64,000 nt of DNA from positions 267,110 through 331,109 of the forward strand of contig MWCT01000001.1 of the NCBI GenBank assembly GCA_002070185.1, in the 5' to 3' direction. Both the position numbers and the translations under genes were made by a program. Origin of the DNA: a candidate division BRC1 bacterium ADurb.Bin183. GTDB lineage: Bacteria; Sumerlaeota; Sumerlaeia; MWCT01. The notes beneath the pieces are model-generated. The model searched no databases. It was not told the origin of the DNA and was given only the letters and a program-made list of their open reading frames with translations. Of this stretch, positions 28,595 to 37,969 are shown piece by piece (within the stretch, counting starts at the first letter, position 1; the number at the start of each line of letters is the position of its first letter).

Positions 28595-29788
28595 ATGGAA
28601 GAGATAAAAGTTCCAAAGGGGTTTTCCGCCGCGGGCGCTATCTGCGGCATCAAAAAAAGCGGCAAAAAAGATTTTGCCCTTATCGTTTCAGATTCGCCCT
28701 GTCAGGCGGCGGGGTTTTTCACGCAGAATGCCTTTGCCGCCGCGCCGGTTGAACTCTGCCGACAGCATCTGAAAAAATCCTCCGGCATCCGCGCCATCGC
28801 AATCAATAGCGGATGCGCCAATGCCTGCACGGGAAAAAAGGGGCTTGCCGACGCCCGCGAAATGGCGCGCCTTGTTTCAAAAGCTGTGGGGTGCAAAACA
28901 GAAAATGTTCTCGTTGCCTCCACCGGCGTCATCGGTCCCTATCTGCCTATGGAAAAAATCTCCGCAGGCGTCAACATGACAGCGCAAGGGCTTAGCCCAA
29001 ATGGATTTCGAGACGCCGCCGAGTCTATCATGACCACCGACACAAAGATGAAAATCGCCTCGCTTGACCTTGAAATCGGCGGGCGCACCATCGCTTTTTT
29101 AGGCATAGCAAAAGGCTCGGGCATGATTCATCCGCAAATGGCGACCATGCTCGCTTTTATCACAACGGACGCCGCCATCTCCGGCGCGGCTCTCCGCAAG
29201 GCGGGCAAGCGCGCTGTCGCCCTCTCTTTCAATTGCGTGACTGTGGATGGCGACACCAGCACGAACGACACTCTTCTTATTCTTGCCAACGGACGGGCGG
29301 GCAACAAAACCATCGCCTCATCGGGCAGGGATTATGAAATTTTCCAATCTGCTTTGACGGATATTTGTCAGGCGCTCGCCCGCATGATTGCCGAAGATGG
29401 CGAAGGCGCCACTCGAGTTATCCGCATCAACGTAGCCGGCGCCCGCAACGAAAAAGATGCCCAACGCGCCGCTAAAGCTGTGGCAACTTCCAATCTGGTC
29501 AAGACCGCCATCTTTGGGCGTGACGCAAACTGGGGGCGAATCATCTGCGCCGTCGGCAACTCTGGCGCGGCTTTTATTCCCGATAAAATAACCGTTCACA
29601 TGGGCGACGTGCTTCTTTTTGCCAAAGGCGCGCCGCAGGTCAAATCGGAAGAAGATTTGCGCCGCGTTATGGAAAATAGGGAAGTGCCAATTGCCATTGA
29701 CCTCAAAAACGGCGCGGCTTCCGCCATGTGCTGGACGTGCGACCTCACCTATGATTATATTAAAATCAACGCCGATTATCGGACGTGA
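28595..29788 (+). CDS. argJ: Bifunctional glutamate N-acetyltransferase / amino-acid acetyltransferase
   Basis: ArgJ-like N-terminus (VPKGFSAAGAICGIKKSGKKDFALI) and a C-terminal region with the self-cleavage-site type sequence (ATMLAFITTDA); 397 aa. Confidence 0.85.
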   Translation: MEEIKVPKGFSAAGAICGIKKSGKKDFALIVSDSPCQAAGFFTQNAFAAAPVELCRQHLKKSSGIRAIAINSGCANACTGKKGLADAREMARLVSKAVGCKTENVLVASTGVIGPYLPMEKISAGVNMTAQGLSPNGFRDAAESIMTTDTKMKIASLDLEIGGRTIAFLGIAKGSGMIHPQMATMLAFITTDAAISGAALRKAGKRAVALSFNCVTVDGDTSTNDTLLILANGRAGNKTIASSGRDYEIFQSALTDICQALARMIAEDGEGATRVIRINVAGARNEKDAQRAAKAVATSNLVKTAIFGRDANWGRIICAVGNSGAAFIPDKITVHMGDVLLFAKGAPQVKSEEDLRRVMENREVPIAIDLKNGAASAMCWTCDLTYDYIKINADYRT

Positions 29789-29996
29789 TGAACGTTTATT
29801 AGGTCTTATTCATGCGGCGACAATTTGGCTTTAATGCAGCTGTCCTGATTTTGGGATGCGCGTTTTGCGCCTCCTGATAACTGGGCATCTGCTGATGCGA
29901 AAATAAAGCGGCTTGCCGAATACGGCAACTTATATTTTTGAATCATTCCTTTGTTGTCTTGACTCCCATCGGGCGTTGTTTTATCACCTTTTCATC

Positions 29997-31283
29997 ATGG
30001 TGGATAACGTTCAAAGAGACCGCGCCGAGCGCAAGAATTCGTGGCTTTATGGACTCATGGTGTTGATTTTGGTGTTTGGTCTTGCCGTGCTTATATATCT
30101 TGAACGGCAGATAGTTTCCGACCGCCGCATCGCCTTTGAAAATGCCGCCACTCTTTTAAGTCGGGAACTCGTGCTGAAAAATCCGGATAATGTCCGCATC
30201 TCTTCCGACGGGCTTAAAACGCTTGCGGCAACAATCCGCAAAAATCCTTTCATCAAAGATATCTATGTTTCAAAAATAATTGCCGGACGCGGCGAGCATA
30301 TCGTTTTCCCCTTTCATTACGAAACGCTTCTGCCGCCTCGGAAAAAAAACTTAAAACGCCTCATTCGGGCGCCGCTTGAGGAAAATGGAAATGTTTGGGG
30401 CTATCTTTATATTGAACCGAATAATAACATCATTGTAAGCGTGCGGGCGGCAGCGGCGGCTTTTTCCCTGCTGCTAATACTCTCGCTTGTCTCCTTTTAC
30501 AGGCGCGTCCACACGCAGGAGCGGGTCATCACGGAAACCTCATTCGCCCTTGATGAACGCCGGCGCGAATTAATCCGTCTGGAACGCCTTGCCCTTGCAG
30601 GAATGCTCACTGCCAACATCCTCCACGATATTAAAAAACCTGTTTTGAACATCAAGCAGGAGGCGCAGGACATGGAGCGCCAGCCCGATGAAAAAACGGC
30701 GCGGGCGGCGGCGCGAAGCATTCAGGAACAGGTGGAACTTTTTTTCAACATCCTGCGGGATTTGGGGTTGGAACGGTTTGTGAAGGCGCGCGAGGGCGGC
30801 GAGGAGTTTGTGGATGTGAATGAAATTTTGGAACGCGCCTGCCGCCTTGTGCGCTATGAATGCGGAAGCTCGGAAGTGGTTTTTGATTTGGCGGAAAAAC
30901 TACCCGCCCTGTTAGCCCGCCCGACCAGACTGATTCAACTATTTTCCAATTTGATTCTGAATGCATTTCAGGCGATGAAAGGAAGCGGGAAACTCGCCAT
31001 ACGCACAGCATTTCAAGACGGCGCGATTCATGTTGAAATAACCGACACGGGTCCCGGCATTCCGCCCGAGTTGATAAAAAAGATTTTCAATCCGTTTTTC
31101 AGCACGCGGGGCGGAGAAACCGGCGGAGAGGAAGGCTCCGGACTCGGGCTCTTTATCTCCAAAAATATTGTGGATGACATGAAGGGCGAATTGCGCGTTG
31201 AAAGCGCTCCCGGCAAAGGCGCAAAGTTTGCGGTTGTTCTGCCCGTTCATTCTCAAAACGAAAAGGAAGCGCAAAAAATATAA
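29997..31283 (+). CDS. Sensor histidine kinase
   Basis: Track ORF starts at TTG 29913; ATG at 29997. N-terminal TM helix, H-box (LAGMLTANILHDIKKP) and HATPase_c motifs (ITDTGPGIPPELIKKIFNPFFSTR, GSGLGLFISKNIV). Confidence 0.75.
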   Translation: MVDNVQRDRAERKNSWLYGLMVLILVFGLAVLIYLERQIVSDRRIAFENAATLLSRELVLKNPDNVRISSDGLKTLAATIRKNPFIKDIYVSKIIAGRGEHIVFPFHYETLLPPRKKNLKRLIRAPLEENGNVWGYLYIEPNNNIIVSVRAAAAAFSLLLILSLVSFYRRVHTQERVITETSFALDERRRELIRLERLALAGMLTANILHDIKKPVLNIKQEAQDMERQPDEKTARAAARSIQEQVELFFNILRDLGLERFVKAREGGEEFVDVNEILERACRLVRYECGSSEVVFDLAEKLPALLARPTRLIQLFSNLILNAFQAMKGSGKLAIRTAFQDGAIHVEITDTGPGIPPELIKKIFNPFFSTRGGETGGEEGSGLGLFISKNIVDDMKGELRVESAPGKGAKFAVVLPVHSQNEKEAQKI

Positions 31284-31285
31284 AT

Positions 31286-32704
31286 ATGAAAGACAAACCC
31301 GCCATATTGCTTGTTGAGGATGATGAAGCGTATGCTCGCCGGCTTGGGCGGAATCTTGAAATGGACGGCTTTGAGGTGGAGATTGCCTTTGGCGGTAAAG
31401 CCGCGCTCGAAACCCTTGCCCGCGCCTCTTTTGACCTTATCATCACCGACGTCAAAATGCCCGACCTCAACGGTATGGATTTGATCGAGATTATCCGCCG
31501 CGAAGGTCATCCCGGCGTGGAGCCGGACGTCCCCATCGTGGCGTTATCCTCAGTCAATTCTGTGGATACCGCAGTCGCCTGCATGAAACTCGGCGCCGCC
31601 GATTACATCACAAAGGAATCGGAACGTCCGGAAATAGTCCTTCGTCTGAAAAAGGCGCTCGAACAGGAACGTCTGCGGACGGAAAACCGATACCTGCGCG
31701 ACCAGCTGGCGCAGTCCAATGAGTTCAACGAATTTATCGGCGAGAGCGAAGCCATCCAGCGCATCAAACAGGAGATTGCCGACCTATCGCGTCAGGCGGT
31801 CTCGGTGATTCTTATGGGCGAAACGGGCGTGGGCAAGGAGCTCGTGGCGCGGGCGCTGCACCATTTGCGTGGCGCACACGCCGGTCCGTTTGTGGATGTG
31901 AACTGCGCCGCTCTGCCGGATGACAGCTTGATTCAATCTGAATTATTCGGGCACGAAAAAGGGGCGTTCACGGGAGCGGACGCCATGCGCAAAGGCAAAT
32001 TTGAATTGGCGGAAAACGGCAGTCTTTTTCTGGATGAAATCTCCGAACTGTCGCGCAACTCTCAAGGCAAACTCTTAAAGGTTTTAGAAAATCGGACATT
32101 CACCCGCCTTGGCGGCACAAGGGAAATCAAAGTCAATTGCCGGTTCCTCTTTGCCACAAACAAGGATTTATTTCAGGAAACGCGCTCGGGTCGTTTTCGA
32201 GAAGACCTTTATTATCGTGTGAATATTTATCCTATTGTCATCCCTCCGCTTCGGGAACGCCGCGAAGATATCGCCCCGCTGGCGCGGTTTTTCCTCTCGT
32301 TTTTTTGCCGCCGTTATAATAAGCCCGTCAAAAAATTGGAGCCGCGCGCCTTCGACCGGCTCATGTCCCATCCTTGGCTCGGCAACGTGCGCGAATTGCG
32401 AAATATCATAGAGCGGCTTGTGATTCGCGCGCCGGGGGAGGAAATCACGGCGGCGGATCTGGTTTCTTGCGGATTGGCGCTCGAGCCCGGGCGCAGCGGA
32501 ACGGTCATCTTGCCGCCGCAGGGCGTGCACTTAGACCAGCTGGAGGAGGACTTGACTCGTCAGGCGCTGGAGCGCGCCGGATGGAATCAGAAAAAAGCCG
32601 CCGACCTGCTCGGCATCTCCGTTGACCGCATGAACAGCCGCGTCCGCAAATACGGACTCACTCATCCCTCATGGCTGAAACACAAACCGTCTTTGAATGA
32701 TTGA
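31286..32704 (+). CDS. Sigma-54-dependent response regulator (NtrC/AtoC family)
   Basis: REC domain (ILLVEDDE...[14 protein letters not shown]), AAA+ sigma-54 activator motifs ([30 protein letters not shown]) and a C-terminal Fis-type HTH. Starts 3 nt after the kinase stop. Confidence 0.85.
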   Translation: MKDKPAILLVEDDEAYARRLGRNLEMDGFEVEIAFGGKAALETLARASFDLIITDVKMPDLNGMDLIEIIRREGHPGVEPDVPIVALSSVNSVDTAVACMKLGAADYITKESERPEIVLRLKKALEQERLRTENRYLRDQLAQSNEFNEFIGESEAIQRIKQEIADLSRQAVSVILMGETGVGKELVARALHHLRGAHAGPFVDVNCAALPDDSLIQSELFGHEKGAFTGADAMRKGKFELAENGSLFLDEISELSRNSQGKLLKVLENRTFTRLGGTREIKVNCRFLFATNKDLFQETRSGRFREDLYYRVNIYPIVIPPLRERREDIAPLARFFLSFFCRRYNKPVKKLEPRAFDRLMSHPWLGNVRELRNIIERLVIRAPGEEITAADLVSCGLALEPGRSGTVILPPQGVHLDQLEEDLTRQALERAGWNQKKAADLLGISVDRMNSRVRKYGLTHPSWLKHKPSLND

Positions 32705-32712
32705 TATATCCT

Positions 32713-34020
32713 TTATCCGCCCAGCAGCGGAGAGTATTTGGCGGAGAGGCACAAGCCCGCAACAGCGGCTGTTTGGAAACAGGCAAGGTTCGCCGCCAAA
32801 AGCGCGCGCGGTCCCAACGCCACCAAATCCTTCCGCCGCTCCGGCGCCAGCGCCGCCGTCCCGCCCACGAATATCGCCATCGCCGCCACGTGCGCAAATC
32901 CGCATAATCCATAAGCGGCAATCACCGCAGCGCGCCGGCTTAAGCCCGCCTTTATAGCATCGCCCAGTTGAATATAGGCGGGCACCTCTGTTGCGACGGC
33001 GCGCAAACCCCAGAGGCGCGCCACAGTTTCCGATTCCGCCGCGTTCAACCCGCACATCCGCACAATCGGATAACATAACCAGCTCAACATCCGTTCAATC
33101 GAAAGCCCCTGCACGCCCAGACGCGTCCCGCCATAACCGATAACGGCGTTGACAAGCGAGAGAATGCCGAGGAACGCAATCAAAAGCCCGCAGATGCCGA
33201 TGATTAATTTCACGCCTTCCATAGCCCCTTGAAGCGCGGCGTCCATGATGCTTGCCGGCGGCGCGCCCTCCGATGTGAAAATATCGCGCCCGACGCGGAC
33301 GCTTTTGCCCAGCGTCAGCGGTTGTTCCTCCTCTGGATATAGCACCTTTGCCATCACAGCCGCCGCCGGCGCGGAGAGCAGCGAGGCGGAAATAAGATGC
33401 GCCGCAATGTTGGGCATCTGTTCCTTGAGTATCAGCGTATAAAATCCCAGCACAGACGAAGCCAGCGTCGCCATTCCCGCCGTCAAAAGCAGATGCAGCT
33501 CGGACATGGTCATCTTTTGCAAATAGGGGCGAACGCCAAAAACTGATTCAATCCCCGTAAAAATATTATTTGCCGTGACCAGCGATTCCGCGCCGGATGT
33601 TTTTAACAAACGGCTGAAAACCCATGCGAAGAATCCCACCACCCGAGGCATAATGCCCACATAATATAGAATGGACATCACCGAAGCCACAAAGATGATA
33701 ATCGGAAATCCCTGAAAAAAAAGGAAAAAGCCGAGCGATTGCTCGCCGCTGCTGCCGGTCTGTCCGGGCGGCACGGCAAGAGCGCCGAAAATCAGCTCCG
33801 CCCCTTTTCGCCCATGCGAAAGCGTCTTATCCACAAGGATGTTGATTTTTTGAAAAGCAAAACTTCCCGCGCTCGACTGCAGAAAAAAGGAGGCGATGAC
33901 AATCTGCAACGCAATGCCCATCAGCGCCGTTCTCCATGGAAACTTCCGACGATTGCGCGAAAATACCCACGCCAGCCCAACCAAGAAAATGACGCCCCAC
34001 AAACTTGCCAGACGCTCCAT
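32713..34020 (-). CDS. Nucleoside transporter, NupC/CNT family
   Basis: 435-aa polytopic membrane protein whose length and hydrophobicity pattern resemble concentrative nucleoside transporters. Confidence 0.55.
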   Translation of the reverse strand: MERLASLWGVIFLVGLAWVFSRNRRKFPWRTALMGIALQIVIASFFLQSSAGSFAFQKINILVDKTLSHGRKGAELIFGALAVPPGQTGSSGEQSLGFFLFFQGFPIIIFVASVMSILYYVGIMPRVVGFFAWVFSRLLKTSGAESLVTANNIFTGIESVFGVRPYLQKMTMSELHLLLTAGMATLASSVLGFYTLILKEQMPNIAAHLISASLLSAPAAAVMAKVLYPEEEQPLTLGKSVRVGRDIFTSEGAPPASIMDAALQGAMEGVKLIIGICGLLIAFLGILSLVNAVIGYGGTRLGVQGLSIERMLSWLCYPIVRMCGLNAAESETVARLWGLRAVATEVPAYIQLGDAIKAGLSRRAAVIAAYGLCGFAHVAAMAIFVGGTAALAPERRKDLVALGPRALLAANLACFQTAAVAGLCLSAKYSPLLGG

Positions 34021-34138
34021 GCGGATACCTCCACGAAAAGGTTTTTATGAAACAGTTTTTTTCCAGATTCAGTTAATAACGCAATCAGATATGTCCGTAG
34101 AAAATCAAGAACGTTATGAGCGGCAGACTCAAAAAGAA

Positions 34139-34174
34139 ATCGCGGCGTGCCGGGTGGAAGAGCGTCGCCGCGAT
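34139..34174 (+). promoter_or_regulatory. Perfect 9-bp inverted repeat with 18-nt loop in a divergent intergenic region (candidate operator or RNA hairpin)
   Basis: atcgcggcg (34139..34147) pairs with cgccgcgat (34166..34174). Lies between the divergent NupC-like gene start (34020) and the phosphoesterase gene start (34458). Confidence 0.2.
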
Positions 34175-34457
34175 TCGGGAAAAGAAAGGGTTGAGCCTTG
34201 CTTTTTTTGGCGAAAGAAAGAGTGCGGCATCGCTGATATTTCCCGCGCCCCCTCTTATAATCTCAGATTAACTCCTGATATGTTTGTCGAGAAAAATCAA
34301 AAAAGGTTTACTTAATCGAAAAAATTATTCGGCTTCTTTGGGGAAACATGTTGAATTGTAATTTTTCGCAGTTGTAGAAGAATAATAAATTCTGGATATT
34401 CCGTTTTAAGCATGCAAACCCACCGCCAAACCGAGTGCATGCGGAAAGGATCAAACA

Positions 34458-36638
34458 ATGAAGGAAAAATTGAACATCAGACTCATTATCATTGCCGCTT
34501 ATTTCATCGCCGCGGCTCTTATGCTGCCGGCGCAGCCGCCCGTCGGGGAGTTTTCGTTTCTCCATGTGAGCGACTCGCATATTTCTTATAGCTTTGAAAT
34601 GCCGCAACAATGGGACAACCTGCGCAGCTATGCCTGCATCAGCACCATCAAAAACCTTGGCAACGTTGAAATGCCCGCTTATAAAACGACCGCCCCCGCG
34701 CCTTCTTTCATCATCCATACCGGAGATGTGTCCGAGTTCGGTTTTGCGGGCGTAACGCAGCAAATTGTGAAAGAATATTTCAAGGGGTTCAAAGGCGAGT
34801 TTTATTACGTTCCGGGCAATCATGACAACACGTGGGTCAGCGATATGGCGTATATGCGCAAAAAATACGGCGGAATGAATTATTCCTTTGATTACGGCGG
34901 TTGCCATTTTATCGGACTTTCCAGCGCCACATTGCAAGACCCGGTTCCCTCCTTCGGCAGAGAGGTTATCCTTTTTGTGCAAAACGATTTAAAAAAAGTG
35001 AATCCTCAAACGCCTGTGTTTGTCTATTTTCATCATCCGTTGGATAGCAACGAATTTTGTTCTCCTTACGATCCCGCCCGCCTTGTAGATTGCCTGCGCG
35101 GACACAATATCGCATTGATTCTGGACGGGCACGGACATCAGGCTGTGAAGCATAATTTCTGGGGACTGGACGGCATAGAGGGCGGCTCCCCCTTTGCCGC
35201 CGGCAAGGCGCGGACGGAAGGCTTTAATATTGTGTATGTGAAAAACAACGAACTTTATGCGGCTTATAAATTATGCTCGGAAACAAGCGCTACAAAGGCG
35301 CTTGTTCAGAAAAAAATCTTTCCCTCTGAGCCATATCCGGAGATAATTGTCCGCTCCCCTTCCGAAGATTTGATAGTCGGCGATGGATATCTGCCCCTTG
35401 ATATCGAATATCATGCCCATGCCGCGCCCGCCGTTAAAGCCTCCTTCATTTTGGATGACGATACAACCGGAGAGCTGAACATAAAAAATTCCCGCATCCA
35501 CGGCAATGTCGCCGTCGGTTCTTTATGCAACGGCGTTCACAATATGCGGGTTAATATTACGGATGCCGCCGAAAAAAAGTTTGAGAAGAGTCTGCAGTTT
35601 ATTGTTGATAAACCGCTCGCGCCAAAAATGGGGCAGGGGAAATGGCGTTTTCGGATGAACGGGGCGTCAAAAGCCGCGCCGCTTCTTCTTGGCGGCGTGG
35701 TTTATGCCGGCTCGAATGACGGCTTTTTTTACGCGGTGAACGCCGAAACGGGTGAATTGAAATGGTCGTTTGATGCCGGCGCGGAAATCCTTGCCTCCGC
35801 CGCCGCATGGCAGAATCTGATTCTCTTCGGCGCGGGCGATGGAAAGTTCTATGCCCTTACCCCCGCAAAAGAAGTGAAATGGACTTATGATGTCGGTGTC
35901 GCCATTTATTCATCCCCGGTTGTGGATGAAAACGGTACGGTTTATTTTGGAACAAACGACGCCCGTCTTATCGCCCTTGATGCCGCATCGGGAAAACCTG
36001 TCTGGACTAACAGCGACGCTCGGCTATGCGTGGAATCCCAACCCTTTGTTCGGGGCGACCGCGTATATTTCGGCGCGTGGGATGGTTACCTTTATTGCCT
36101 GAACCGCAAGGACGGCAAGATGATTTGGAAAAAGCCGGGACCCAAAAACCAAAGCCGCGTCAACACCTACTACGCCCCTGCCGATAACGGTCCCGCCGCG
36201 ACCGATGCCGCAATATATCTGACAGACCGCGGTTATATTGCCGGACAATACGCGCTTGACGGTTCATACGTCAAAACTCTGGACGAAAAATGCTCCGCGC
36301 TTGCGCTTTCGGCTGATGGAAAAGCCCTTTATCTGCGCAGACTGAGCGAGCCAGTCAAAAAAATCAATGCCGACACAGGCGCCGATATCTGGGAATCTAA
36401 AGTTACCGCCGGGCGCATCCCCGTCTCGCCGATGGAAAAGGACGGCGTCCTTTATGTGTGCACCAATTCCGGACGCCTTTATGCCCTTGACGCACAATCC
36501 GGCGCGGTGCGATGGGAATATCAGGTAACGCCCAAGTTGTATGTTATGTCCGGAGTTGCCGTTGCCGGCGATAAAATCGTCTATACCACAGACATGGATG
36601 GCGTGATAACCGCCATCGAGCCTTGGCGCGAGAAATAA
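34458..36638 (+). CDS. Secreted metallophosphoesterase fused to a PQQ-like beta-propeller domain
   Basis: Signal peptide; calcineurin-like phosphoesterase motifs (LHVSDSH, HTGDVSE, GNHDNTW, GHGH); C-terminal repeated PQQ/BamB-like blades (e.g. VVYAGSNDGFFYAVNAETGELKW). Confidence 0.65.
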   Translation: MKEKLNIRLIIIAAYFIAAALMLPAQPPVGEFSFLHVSDSHISYSFEMPQQWDNLRSYACISTIKNLGNVEMPAYKTTAPAPSFIIHTGDVSEFGFAGVTQQIVKEYFKGFKGEFYYVPGNHDNTWVSDMAYMRKKYGGMNYSFDYGGCHFIGLSSATLQDPVPSFGREVILFVQNDLKKVNPQTPVFVYFHHPLDSNEFCSPYDPARLVDCLRGHNIALILDGHGHQAVKHNFWGLDGIEGGSPFAAGKARTEGFNIVYVKNNELYAAYKLCSETSATKALVQKKIFPSEPYPEIIVRSPSEDLIVGDGYLPLDIEYHAHAAPAVKASFILDDDTTGELNIKNSRIHGNVAVGSLCNGVHNMRVNITDAAEKKFEKSLQFIVDKPLAPKMGQGKWRFRMNGASKAAPLLLGGVVYAGSNDGFFYAVNAETGELKWSFDAGAEILASAAAWQNLILFGAGDGKFYALTPAKEVKWTYDVGVAIYSSPVVDENGTVYFGTNDARLIALDAASGKPVWTNSDARLCVESQPFVRGDRVYFGAWDGYLYCLNRKDGKMIWKKPGPKNQSRVNTYYAPADNGPAATDAAIYLTDRGYIAGQYALDGSYVKTLDEKCSALALSADGKALYLRRLSEPVKKINADTGADIWESKVTAGRIPVSPMEKDGVLYVCTNSGRLYALDAQSGAVRWEYQVTPKLYVMSGVAVAGDKIVYTTDMDGVITAIEPWREK

Positions 36639-36649
36639 GGAGAAAAACC

Positions 36650-37969
36650 ATGAGCCAGCCACAAACGCCCGGCTTGCTTGCGCAACCCAAAAAGCGCATC
36701 GAGTCCATAGACGCCTTTCGCGGTTTTACTATCCTTGCCATGTTATTCGTCATTCAGGTAGCGGGATACCGCAACCTCCCTCTCACCTTTCCGCATTTCA
36801 ATAGCGCACCTGTCTCCACATTCAAACATGCGGGGGAAGATGGCGACGCGCGGGAGTGGGCATTCTGGGAGGGCAAAAAACACTCCGCCATTTATCGCAA
36901 TGCAAAAATCGAATCTAAGATTTCCAATACCGTTTATAACGTTGCCCTTTTGGATGAAAAAGGCAATATTGAAAAAACATACGAAAAAGCAAAAGTTGTC
37001 CACGCCAAACCCCTTGCCAAAGGCGACGCCATCATCGCGATAAATCGCCCCGGCGCGGCGCAGCCGGAGTTCCGCGGCATAGGCAACGGCTGCACATTCA
37101 CAGACCTTGTCGCCCCGTTTTTTGTTTTTATTGTGGGGCTGTGCATCCCTTTGAGCAAACAGCGGCGCGGGATGGCTTGGTGGAAACATGTGGGGACGCG
37201 CACGCTGCTTTTGATTCTTGCGGGCGTTATCTATATCTCGCTCATCTTAAAAACCTCCTACTGGTGGGGCATTCTGCAAGCCATCGGTGTCTCCTATTTC
37301 ATGGGCGCGGCATTTATGCGTTTGCCTGCAAAGGGGCGTTGGGTTGCCATCGCCGCCATCGCCGCCTTCCATGCCTTTATGTCATGGAAATTTAATTGGT
37401 GGCTGGAACTGGGCGACAAGAGCCGTCCTTTTTTAACCATCGGCAACCTTTCGGGCGATCCGCTCCGTCCGCTGACCGTCCACTGCACGCCGTGGGCTTC
37501 CATCTCTTACGGACTTTGCACTATAGCAGGCACGCTTCTGGGCGATGCCATCGTCACACGCGACCGGAGAAAAATCATTCGGCAGAGCCTGATTGTGGGA
37601 ATTGTTTTTTCCGCGGCGGGCTATCTGCTTCATCTTTATCAAGCGCCGATGAACAAGGATTATGTCTCGCCTTCCTATTCCATTTTCACCTCCGGCATCG
37701 GCGCGCTCACGTTTTTGCTTTTTTACGCAATCATAGACATTGGCGGGTTCAAGGCGTGGGCGTTTCCGCTGAATGTGTTCGGCGCGAACGCCCTCCTTGC
37801 ATACTTCATGCAGCCGGTGGTGCGGATATTTATCCGCGCGCTGGGCTTCCTTGAATTCTTCGGCAATCAAGCCGGATGGAGCGGCGTCTATGCCGGACTC
37901 CTCTGGACGGCTCTCCTTTGGTGTGTTGTCCTTTGGTGCAACAAAAAAGAAATTTATTGGAAATTATGA
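36650..37969 (+). CDS. Membrane acyltransferase-like protein, HGSNAT/DUF1624-like
   Basis: ATG at 36650 with AGGAG RBS. IESIDAFRGFTILAMLFV is typical of the heparan-alpha-glucosaminide N-acetyltransferase catalytic (DUF1624) family. There is an unusual ~110-aa hydrophilic insertion between TM1 and TM2, then ~9 TM helices. Confidence 0.5.
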   Translation: MSQPQTPGLLAQPKKRIESIDAFRGFTILAMLFVIQVAGYRNLPLTFPHFNSAPVSTFKHAGEDGDAREWAFWEGKKHSAIYRNAKIESKISNTVYNVALLDEKGNIEKTYEKAKVVHAKPLAKGDAIIAINRPGAAQPEFRGIGNGCTFTDLVAPFFVFIVGLCIPLSKQRRGMAWWKHVGTRTLLLILAGVIYISLILKTSYWWGILQAIGVSYFMGAAFMRLPAKGRWVAIAAIAAFHAFMSWKFNWWLELGDKSRPFLTIGNLSGDPLRPLTVHCTPWASISYGLCTIAGTLLGDAIVTRDRRKIIRQSLIVGIVFSAAGYLLHLYQAPMNKDYVSPSYSIFTSGIGALTFLLFYAIIDIGGFKAWAFPLNVFGANALLAYFMQPVVRIFIRALGFLEFFGNQAGWSGVYAGLLWTALLWCVVLWCNKKEIYWKL

